A stretch of 64,000 nucleotides of DNA from a virus. Of this stretch, positions 49,341 through 58,247 are shown piece by piece; position 1 is the first letter of the stretch, and each line of letters starts with the position of its first letter. The notes below the pieces were generated by a model that worked only from the letters and a program-made list of their open reading frames with translations, did no database searches and had not been told where the DNA came from. Where the stretch lies: IMG/VR virus record IMGVR_UViG_3300017598_000768, positions 35,833 through 99,832 of that record, one strand, 5' to 3'. Made by a program: the position numbers and the translations under genes.

Positions 49341-50834
49341 CTATTGAATTCTGCCAATCCTGCTGTACTCATCTTCACTCTCCCAAGTATTCGCTCTTAT
49401 CTGAGACATCTCTGACACGAAATACTCATCATGGTACGTGTGCTTCAAATGGGCTGACTCATGGATCGCCTTTTCTTTCAGATCTTCTCTGAGAAGTCTG
49501 CGATTGGACAGCTGCGTCTTCTCCCATCCGCCAGCCTTCCCTACCGCCTCCGGATTCAAATAGAACACAATACCCAAATTGGACGATTTCTCCAGCTGAG
49601 CCTCCACTCCTTTTTCAAACATGAAACCGGCTGTAAAATTGATGTACAACCTGTTGTCAAGCAGCACCTGCTTCACCATTTCCGTCCATACCTTCGCAAT
49701 CACTCTGGCTTTCTGTGTGTCCATATACTTCTCAACCTTTCGGCGCTGCCCCTCCGTATGCTTCAGTACAAAATCTGGCTTGTATCCTATGAACCTCAAC
49801 TCATCGTCAAATTCGTCAATATAACGATGACCTCCTTTCTCATCCGCAAGCGCCTTCAGTCTTCTCAACGCTGTCTCCCAATCCATTCCTTCCGCAGCCA
49901 GCTTAGCAGCCATCCGTTCCAAAGCTTCCAAGGGCTCCAGTTCATCACTTCCTTCAAGAATCTCATCGCCCTTCATCTGGACTGCTATATCACCATCTCC
50001 AATAAGTCTTCTTCTGACTTGAACTAAATCCGGCCTAAGCGCAGACTTTCTATCAGCCGCCAATTTTCTAATCCACCGATCGGCTTGTGTCTTCGCGTCT
50101 CTTTTTAAGCTGTCTCTGTTACTGGTCAGAACGTCTACTGACTTCCTTCTCAATTCGATTACTAATTTCGGAACGTTTCTGCCGACCCATAAATCAAACA
50201 TCCATATTCCGTCTACTCTGACCAGTGCATTCATTTTCTCACAGCTATCATCCACATAAACATCTGCGAAATCAAGCTCCTTCACCAGCCTTCCTCGGCT
50301 GTGACTGCACGGAACAGTATCGCCGTCCACAAAGATTTTACAGTCAGTTTCCATCTTTGCAGCCACATCTGCAAATACTCTCCGGAGACCTCGCATGAAC
50401 ATTCCGTCCTGGCCCTCTATCCAAATCATACAAACAGTGCCTTCGGGCCTGCTACTGTGCGTCTCGTCGATCGTATACTCCGAGCCACTTCCCTCAACAA
50501 TCCATCCATTCGTCCGGATCTGATACTTCGACCAGCTGAAGAACAACAACTCCTTCGCTTTTCCAAAAACACCGACGTTTCCTTTCTTCTTCTCGGACCC
50601 GCCAAGCATCAATAACTTATTCTTCAGGACGTCTCTGGTCATTCCATGTCCGTCGTCCGATACAATAACTGTCTTCGCTTCACTATTTACCACCACATCG
50701 ACCCGAGTCGCTTCAGCATCTATCGAATTCTGATAGAACTCTCTTGCCAATGCTTCCAAATAATTATTATAATCGGCTTTCGCCATCTTCAGAAAATAAT
50801 CTTTGGGGATTCCCACTGAGCCTGTCTCTCTCAT
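49341..50834 (-). CDS. GHKL (Hsp90-like) ATPase with C-terminal HExxH motif
   Basis: REFYQNSIDA, DDGHGM, GVFGKA; IHESAH..H...F. Confidence 0.85.
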   Translation of the reverse strand: MRETGSVGIPKDYFLKMAKADYNNYLEALAREFYQNSIDAEATRVDVVVNSEAKTVIVSDDGHGMTRDVLKNKLLMLGGSEKKKGNVGVFGKAKELLFFSWSKYQIRTNGWIVEGSGSEYTIDETHSSRPEGTVCMIWIEGQDGMFMRGLRRVFADVAAKMETDCKIFVDGDTVPCSHSRGRLVKELDFADVYVDDSCEKMNALVRVDGIWMFDLWVGRNVPKLVIELRRKSVDVLTSNRDSLKRDAKTQADRWIRKLAADRKSALRPDLVQVRRRLIGDGDIAVQMKGDEILEGSDELEPLEALERMAAKLAAEGMDWETALRRLKALADEKGGHRYIDEFDDELRFIGYKPDFVLKHTEGQRRKVEKYMDTQKARVIAKVWTEMVKQVLLDNRLYINFTAGFMFEKGVEAQLEKSSNLGIVFYLNPEAVGKAGGWEKTQLSNRRLLREDLKEKAIHESAHLKHTYHDEYFVSEMSQIRANTWESEDEYSRIGRIQ

Positions 50835-51048
50835 GATTTTCTCCTTAGAACAAATCTGAATCTTGCATTAAACACATCAAGTTCGCCTTTGATCATCTCT
50901 TCGTCCATCAACTTTTTGAACAGATCAGCGAACCATCGCTCTGAGTTTTTATAACCTTTGCGTCTAAGCTTGTCTCTGAACTGCTTATACGACACTGGCC
51001 TTCTAAAAATATGCTTGCAATCATCAATGAGTCTTGACATCTTCCCTC

Positions 51049-51717
51049 CTAATACGATACAACTCTTACACCGGCGTCTTTCAACAAATCTTTCATGAAT
51101 CTGATATTCTGCTCTGTATTCAGTCTCCACTTCAGAAGCAGCTCGCCGATCCTCTTCATGCTGACTCTTTCAAAAATCACACTATCCATCAGCTGGTCAA
51201 AAACTATCTCCAACACCTCGTCTTCTTCTTCGGCTTCGACTATCACCGTCGCTCCCGCTTCAATTACTTCATCAATTTCTTTCGGCGTCACCCACACCAT
51301 CGGCGGAGGCTTCGGAATTTCGGCTTCCACCTTGGCTTCAAGCGCCTCGTGATTCTCGTCCCACTTCGTCAACAACATTCGCTGGCATCTCTGGAACTCC
51401 GAATCATGCTTCCAACCCTCATGATGCGCCAATTCATGAATCAGGACTCCAACTGTTCTGCCTATTCTATAAAGTCTAAGCCACCCATCGTCCCAGCTAA
51501 CTTTCGCTCTCAATCGATACGTCGGCTCACTCCAAAACATCACTCGAATCCGCTCCCACTCCATGAGATCACAGAAAAAATCTGCTATGGTCTGCGCCTC
51601 TCGCTCCGTCGGAATTTCAAGAAGGTGGGTTTCATGGTATTCGGCACCAGCACAATCGCCAACTCCTCGTCTATAAAGTTTGAAATTTGCTACCGTCTCT
51701 GCTGCCATTTGTCTCAT
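51049..51717 (-). CDS. Zincin-like (SprT/YgjP-like) HExxH protein
   Basis: VLIHELAHH...HDSEF. Confidence 0.7.
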   Translation of the reverse strand: MRQMAAETVANFKLYRRGVGDCAGAEYHETHLLEIPTEREAQTIADFFCDLMEWERIRVMFWSEPTYRLRAKVSWDDGWLRLYRIGRTVGVLIHELAHHEGWKHDSEFQRCQRMLLTKWDENHEALEAKVEAEIPKPPPMVWVTPKEIDEVIEAGATVIVEAEEEDEVLEIVFDQLMDSVIFERVSMKRIGELLLKWRLNTEQNIRFMKDLLKDAGVRVVSY

Positions 51718-51756
51718 TTTCTTGCTCCTCGATTTTTTGTTTTTATTTTATTATAA

Positions 51757-51772
51757 TGCATGCGGCGTGCCA
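51757..51772 (-). promoter_or_regulatory. sigma54 -24/-12 promoter
   Basis: TGGCACGCCGCATGCA; paired palindromes at 51898-51935. Confidence 0.8.
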
Positions 51773-51976
51773 AAAGGCTCATACACCAAAAAAACCGGGA
51801 AAAAAATCAAGCCATATGCATGTAAAAATATTGAATAAATCAGCCCGTCTTCATTTGCTCTCCGAACTCCTTTTCTACTTATTACTCCTTGGCAAAAGTG
51901 ACTTTTACTGTCACAAAAGTGACTATTACTGTCGGTATCCGTTTTTTGCATTTTGTATCTCATTGTTTTTATTTTA

Positions 51977-52004
51977 ATTATAGGACACATGCCAAAAATG
52001 TCAA
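51977..52004 (-). promoter_or_regulatory. sigma70-type promoter
   Basis: TTGACA-16nt-TATAAT. Confidence 0.65.
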
Positions 52005-52059
52005 GAAAAATCCGCACTTTTCCGAAATTTTTTCATACTTTCCGTGTGTATAATAAGGT

Positions 52060-52400
52060 AGGAACTGAAGGGTGCTGGCTGGCACGTAACTGTCTGCACT
52101 GACATAAGTTTAATATATAAGGAAGTGTTTCTTGCGAAAGCCCTTTTACGAGGATTACACCACTCCTCATAGAAGGTTGGTATTATTGACCTGACGGAGA
52201 TTTGACCCATCAATACACTCCATAGGCTTTTTCGGTAGGTTATTCTTCGGGAGTTCTCGCAAAATCGCTGGCATGAGGCAGTCAAGCCTTTCCAAAAGGC
52301 GTCAGGGCAGATCGTGCCTGGCATACACGAGAGCTGCCCTGACTTCAGATAGAAGAATAGAGGATATGACTGAAGCTTTCCAGCTTCCAAATACACCATA
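52060..52400 (-). ncRNA. Candidate structured non-coding RNA
   Basis: At least five adjacent stems; two contain pairs that are G-U only on the minus strand. Confidence 0.4.
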
Positions 52401-52431
52401 CTATATACTTGCCCTACTCGTCAAGCATTTT

Positions 52432-54110
52432 TTATTCTTGCTCAAATAACTCATTAAATACTGGTTGATAAACAGGCCACATCTTCGAATAGTCCAGCTT
52501 GGCAAGCTCCACTTTCAGATTTCTCTCATACTTCTCTATGCCTTCACACTTGAACTTTCGATTGCACCTGCTGCAAACTCTGCTATGCTTCCAACATTCG
52601 TGATGGGAATCCGTTCCCAGACACCACAAGAAGTTTTCTATTTTGATCATCCATCACTCCTCCGAACAGTTATCCCTTCTTTTCTGAGATACTCAATCAT
52701 CTCATTAACTGAGCATGTACAGCCATAATATCGGAACACTTTGACAGCATACTCAAGCGACACGCGACTTCCTGCCTTGTCTAACAGCAAGTCTGCAACG
52801 GTTTCCGCAAGCTCCTCGTCATAACTCCTTACCTTCTTCCCTGTCGTCGGTGGAGGCTGCGCAACTCCGTTTGGCTTCGATCTTTGCCTCACTCTTCACC
52901 CTCTCATCCAGATGCTCTGTCGGCAGCCCAAGTCTTCCCCAGGCCGTATCACAAACGAAACTCATTCTGGCTTCCAGTATATTCTCTATCAACTCCGGAG
53001 GGCTGAACGCTTCTTTAATCACACACTCTTTTACTACGCACCATCCTCCGGTCCTATACGGATTCTTCCCTCCTTCTCCGTCACGAACTGAAATCAATAT
53101 AACGCCCTGCTTCATATACTCTTGGCATTTCTGGCAAGGCTCCGTATCAACCACCCCGATCTCTCGGTTCATTTCCCCATCACTGCTTGCAAGTCCTGCC
53201 TCTTTAAACCTTCCAGTCCTTGCCCCGATCAGCCAGATATCTTTTGCCTCTCCACAAAAGAAACAGTTCGACATCGTCGGATTCAGACCATATTTTTTAT
53301 GCACTCTTACCATCACCGTCCCCTAATTGTCTATAAGCTCATCTGGATTCGTGTCCGCAATCTTACAGAATCCAGTCGTCTGCTGGAAATGAGTAACCCT
53401 CTCCTTCAGCACCAGCATCTGCTCCACATGGAAATCACTGCAACCAATGCTTCTGCATTCATCAGCATAGAACTGAAGCATCGCTGGCACAGCCCTGTCT
53501 TTTGCCCTGAAGACAATCATTTCTTCTTCCGGCACCAGTGTTCCGTCATTCTTAAAAACCTCACCATAATACTTCCTGTCAATCCTCATCCTGTCACCTC
53601 CTCATGCTCTTTGTACTGCATCCAAGTAGGGGGAGCGCCAATCAAAATAACGGGCGTCCTATTAATAAGGTACGGGCCAACAGCATCACTACTATTCAAG
53701 CCCTTCTCTATCACTCCCGGCAAAGCAAAATCTACAATCCCTTTATAATAAGGATTATCTCCGATTCGCAACCATGAGTGAAACTCATACGGCGGATTAA
53801 AATAATAACCATAAGCGCTTTTGCTGTCTCCACTTACAACCATCAGGCTTCCTACCACCTGCGTCAACGGGAGCCCAACAAAAGCGTCTCTTAACATCTT
53901 CTTTGCCAGCTTGTTCTTTTCAATGCAGTCCCAATACGTTCTCAGGCCAGACAGTAGCTTCTGAACCTCATCAAGAGAACGCCTTCCCACCAACTGCCAC
54001 ATATGTCCAGTCAACGGATACCTTTCCTCTCCGGTCAGACGAGCATCGTCGCCAACAAAAGTTGTAAATCCTGTCGTTGCCTTCGGGTTCATTACAAAAT
54101 TCATATACAT
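52432..54110 (-). other. Small hypothetical genes: 52432-52650, 52647-52892, 52819-53316 (CxxC), 53323-53589, 53586-54110
   Basis: Coupled minus-strand ORFs; the first starts just after the tRNA CCA (AAGGAG-ATG 54110). Confidence 0.7.
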
Positions 54111-54116
54111 TCTCCT

Positions 54117-54203
54117 TGGTGCGGGGAACAGGAGTCGAACCTGCACATCCATTTGGCGGGGCGTTTACAGCGCCTTGTCTTCACCACATAGTCGAGTCCC
54201 CGC
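54117..54203 (-). tRNA. tRNA-Tyr(GUA) with encoded CCA
   Basis: Acceptor GCGGGGA/TCCCCGC plus ACCA; anticodon arm GGCG-CTGTAAA-CGCC; long variable arm; T arm GCAGG-TTCGACT-CCTGT; irregular D arm. Confidence 0.85.
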
Positions 54204-54204
54204 A

Positions 54205-55581
54205 CTAATCTTCAAACGTCAGCTTCTGCTGCACTGGCCCTTCACTCTTTCTGAACCTGATCGTCCGGATCTCCGCCTTCTTTTTCACCGGCTCTGGTTC
54301 TTTAGTCGACTTCATTCTTTCCATGACTTCTGATGCCTGCCTTGCCTGCTCTGCGCTAAACTGAACATCCTGATGCTCGACTCCCCTAATCCTCGTCTCT
54401 GATCTTCCAGGCATCTCCCCTACAAAAGCAGGCACAGTACTTATTGGCTGAAGACGCACTGGCTCTTGGACTACCTGTGTCGCATCACGCAAATGCCATG
54501 GAGGGGTAAACCCAAGCGCCTCCATTCTCTCACGGCATCTTGTCGCCAAGAATCTATTTCCTTGCGCGATCGCCATTTCCAAAAAACACTCAAGCTTCAT
54601 CCCGTTGGTTATTTTCGCCAGTCTGCGATTCAATCTTCGCTCATCCATGTAACTCCAACGATGTCGCTCGTGATTCATCAACTGTACACGACTTGGCATG
54701 ATTACGCCTCCCCAACCACTGGTGGAATCACTTCTCTCTTTTCAATCCTGTCAGCAGTCTCTCTCAGCGCTGTGATCATATCATCTCTTACCGCGTTTGA
54801 AATATAATTGGATACTCCCGGCTCATTAAACTTGAAAATGACCAATGCAAAGCCGTACTCTCTTGCGTCTGTAGGATTGACAAGCATTTCAATCGCCTTC
54901 GCCAACGCTCTCATCATCGACTCTGTCTCTTTCAAATCCATCATCTGCTCAACCATTTCCACCTCCGTTTATTATTGATTATACCACATACAAGCCTTTT
55001 GTCAAGTGATTTCCATGGCTTAACTAATCTGATGTCCACGGCTGTATCGGAGACAATCCAACAGATTCCCCAAAATGCCACTCGCTTTTATGCACATAAG
55101 ACATCCCTTCCTTTGTCTCTATATCTCCAAGCATCAGCCCAGACCTTCCATCAGAAAGCATGACCCCTACACTCAACACTCGCTTGCAATTCTCCATATC
55201 TCCAGGCGAAACAAAATCGGCAGCATTCACATCAGATTTGGCAATGGGATACGCAGCCGCCTTCGCTTCTCCTACAATAGCGACTGCCACAACCCCTACT
55301 TGCATGCAGATTTCTCTAAGCCTTGTTTGAGCAAATTCCGACATGAACTCTCTGAACATTCCCATCGTCGGTAGCGCTGCATACACCAGCTGTAAGCCAT
55401 CAGCAGCTTCCTCACCTTCCTTTGCTTCTCTTTCCATTCTACGTTTCATCTCGTCTTCTTTTTCAAAACGGGCAAAGAAATACACCGGATGCATAAAACC
55501 ACCTTCTTTAAATACTGCATGCTGACCAATTTCAAAAACCATACTGGCAAAGTCTTTCGCAATCTCTTCTGGCTCCATCAC
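54205..55581 (-). other. Hypothetical genes: 54205-54699, 54702-54962, 55024-55581
   Basis: Minus-strand ORFs with RBSs. Confidence 0.7.
54978..55005 (-). promoter_or_regulatory. sigma70-type promoter
   Basis: TTGACA-16nt-TATAAT with a TG extension. Confidence 0.75.
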
Positions 55582-56024
55582 TACCTCCCTACTGCATACC
55601 TGGCTTCTCTCGCAAGCTCATCCGCTCGCTCATTCTTCCTGATGCCTACATGTCCGGGCACCCATTTGATCTTAAAATTGAATTTCACAAACAGCTTCGA
55701 CAGTTGCTGCCACAAGTCCTTATTCTTAACTGGCTTATTGTCCGCTGTCTTCCAACCATTCTTCTTCCACTTCTCCAGCCAACCCTTTGTGAAAGCATTT
55801 CTAACGTATTTCGAGTCAGTGTAAACAGTAACAGCTACCACTTGCCTCAACGCCTCAAGACCGGCTATTACCGCCATCATCTCCATTCGGTTATTCGTCG
55901 AAGACAATTCACTTCCGCTGATTTCCTTCACGTGCTTCCCATAACTCAAAATCGCCGCATACCCTCCTGGACCGCCTGGATTCGGGTAGCACGAGCCGTC
56001 TGTATAGATCGTCACTTTCTTCAT
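55581..56024 (-). CDS. rnhA: Ribonuclease HI
   Basis: IYTDGSC.PNPGG, TNNRME, YTDSKYV, VKNKDLW, WVPGH.G..NERADELA. Confidence 0.97.
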   Translation of the reverse strand: MKKVTIYTDGSCYPNPGGPGGYAAILSYGKHVKEISGSELSSTNNRMEMMAVIAGLEALRQVVAVTVYTDSKYVRNAFTKGWLEKWKKNGWKTADNKPVKNKDLWQQLSKLFVKFNFKIKWVPGHVGIRKNERADELAREARYAVGR

Positions 56025-56585
56025 TCAAGTTCCTCAATCTTGTAGTTTCCTGATGCCATCAAATTTGCTTTTGTGGCCTCGGCTATCGGCGGGAAGCTGC
56101 CGTCTTCATTCTGCTCTTGCGTCTCGCATGCCAGCCAACCATCATGTTCTGCAATGGCGTCAAGGAACCCTTTTTTCTCCAACTCGGATTCAAAATGCCT
56201 GACCTCCATAACCTGCGGGCACTGGCCCCATATAACCCGGACTGGCTTTACATACGGGTACACCAGACTTGCGCAGCCGGGGCACTCTCCAGACGGAACC
56301 ACTCCTCCCGGCTCTATCCTTTCAGACAGCTTGTCCACTCTTGCCAGATCTATCAGATAATCTTTCGCATCAATCATCCTCTGGCAGTTCTCACACCTAT
56401 GCAACATCTTCCGTCTCCTTCTTCTTCGGTTTGTAAGACATACACTTGCCGTCTTCTCCAATCTCCACTTCCTTTAAACCACACACGAAACTCCGATGGT
56501 CAAAACTCTCACAGTCTGAAGCCATGCAATATACCATTCTCGTGTCCTTCAACCACTTGTCGATCTCTATCTTTATTTTTTGCAT
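56021..56585 (-). other. Two small Cys-rich hypothetical genes: 56021-56407, 56397-56585
   Basis: ORFs with RBSs directly downstream of the array. Confidence 0.65.
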
Positions 56586-56596
56586 AACCTTTCTCC

Positions 56597-57444
56597 TATC
56601 AATTCAGAGCAATTCAACCCATCACTCGTCGCCGCTACAACACATTACAAATCAATTCTCGACGTCATCGCACGCCAATCTCTCATCCTGCCAACTCTCG
56701 TCGTCAAAACACCACTCCACAGGCCATTGCACCACGCTCCTCGCAGCCAGTACAAATCAGGACCTTCCAAATCAAGGCTCGTCGCCACCACAAATCATTC
56801 TCGCCCAAATCGCTGCACAACTCGTCGTCAAATCATCCCTTGTCAAATCACAACTCGTCGTCAAGTCGCTTCCCGTCATTACAATTCTCGAAGGCATCAC
56901 ATGCCACAGCCTATCCACGTCCGCTTCATTTCTCGTCGCCGTTACAACACCATGCATTACAATACGGGCCTCGACGTCAATCCGCTGCGTTACAACTCAC
57001 AGCCGCTCGCAACATATCATTGCTCGTCGTCAGAACATAACACATCAATACATTGCTCGAAGTCACTGCCACTACAATACAGCCCAGTACTCGGCGTCAC
57101 TACAATTCCTCCCCTTCGGACCAATACTCGTCGTCATTCGTTTCAAAGCCATGCATTCCACTACTCGGCGTCATCTCATACCTCAACATACCGCAACCAC
57201 TCACATCACCACTCGGCGTCATGGCACATAAGTACAATTCATCTCCAACCATACCACTACTCGTCGTCACTACAATGCTGATCATGTCATTTCTCGAAGC
57301 CAAGTCATGACATTGCCATCCAGCTCGCTCCTCGTCGTCAGATCAATCCTTAACATCGCAGTACTCGTCGTCATGTCAGACCAACGCACATGAGACCAAC
57401 TCATTTCTCGTCGTCAGCTCGGATCAACACAGTTCTCGTCGACA
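56597..57444 (-). repeat. Non-coding array: 22 copies of a 10-nt repeat (sense UGACGACGAG) separated by pentamer-phased spacers NNN(UGNNN)n
   Basis: Plus-strand CTCGTCGTCA-like repeats start at 56625, 56658, 56697, 56740, 56778, 56821, 56854, 56887, 56932, 56970, 57023, 57056, 57090, 57127, 57164, 57212, 57260, 57293, 57331, 57364, 57407, 57435. 16 of 21 spacers are exactly 5n+3 nt. Confidence 0.95.
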
Positions 57445-57587
57445 AATTCTTCACATCGTTCTCGTAAGAATTCAAGCGCTTTCGTATAGTGGCTGAAATA
57501 CAACGACTGGAGATTTTCAAGTCTGCCGGTCTGTATTACTGAATCTCCTTCCTTTGTTACACTGAAGCTGAATATCTTATCTTTCAT
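57414..57587 (-). CDS. 57-aa ORF between the RAMP gene and the array (not in the ORF track)
   Basis: MKDKIFSFSV...EFVDENCVDPS; starts 6 nt after the RAMP stop codon. Confidence 0.5.
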   Translation of the reverse strand: MKDKIFSFSVTKEGDSVIQTGRLENLQSLYFSHYTKALEFLRERCEEFVDENCVDPS

Positions 57588-57593
57588 TTCAAC

Positions 57594-58247
57594 CTACATT
57601 TTCTTGATCGTGAACTTGTACCTGCCTTCACCCATACCACGCTCTCCGCCATACCCATGAACCGAGCCATATTCAAAAATGGCCTGAAGATTCTTGAACG
57701 TCACTTCCTTGTGGTCCATCAAAAGCAGCACGAACTCAAACGATGGCTTCTCCACATAGTTGATAACTTTCAGTGCATTCCTCGGCCCCTGCCTCGTCAT
57801 GATATGAACCGGCTGTTCGTACGAACCGTCAGGTTCTCTAAAGGCCTTGCTCTTCCCTTTTATCAGGTAGACCTTGTAATCTTCGAGATACACCATATTC
57901 GCTACTTTCGACTTGAATGCCTTGATCTTCAAAACATCCTTGATCTGGTTCGCACAGTCTTTCAGGTGGGCTTTGATCGTTCCTCCCCTGACCCAGAGCC
58001 CGACATCATCCATCTGAAACCCGAGCGTCGTGCGCTCCACGGTATCTTCGATCGAGTCCTGTACTTCCTTTTCTATCTCCTCGATCGGCTTTGCGTCATC
58101 AGGCTTCTTCTTCGGCATTCGTGACTGAAGCCACAACGGAACAATCTGTTTCGACTGCGGGACTGAACCACAGAGCCTGTAATTAAAACGCATCTTCACC
58201 TTGTACCTTGCCCATAATGCCAATTTCTCATCTTTCTTCTTTGCCAT
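57594..58247 (-). CDS. Stand-alone Cas7/Csm3-like RAMP protein
   Basis: N-terminal strand YKVKMRFNYRLCGS; VRGGTIKAHLKD (cf. PGSSLKGALR); SFEFVLLL; C-terminal Gly-rich loop GYGGERGMGEGRYKF (cf. GLGG.RSRGYG). Confidence 0.8.
   Translation of the reverse strand: MAKKKDEKLALWARYKVKMRFNYRLCGSVPQSKQIVPLWLQSRMPKKKPDDAKPIEEIEKEVQDSIEDTVERTTLGFQMDDVGLWVRGGTIKAHLKDCANQIKDVLKIKAFKSKVANMVYLEDYKVYLIKGKSKAFREPDGSYEQPVHIMTRQGPRNALKVINYVEKPSFEFVLLLMDHKEVTFKNLQAIFEYGSVHGYGGERGMGEGRYKFTIKKM

Noticed and set aside
52001-52399. 132-aa minus-strand ORF
   Set aside because: No RBS, atypical composition, runs into a promoter, and overlaps dense stem-loops; more likely non-coding.
56446-57310. Long plus-strand ORFs and short minus-strand ORFs across the array
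   Set aside because: Low-complexity S/T/H-rich translations produced by the CA periodicity; no RBS, and the long ones oppose the genome-wide coding strand.
56597-57444. Canonical CRISPR array or TIGR-type array
   Set aside because: Repeats are only 10 nt, spacers are internally patterned and vary in 5-nt steps, there are no adaptation genes, and the neighbour is RAMP-like rather than a Nop-domain protein.
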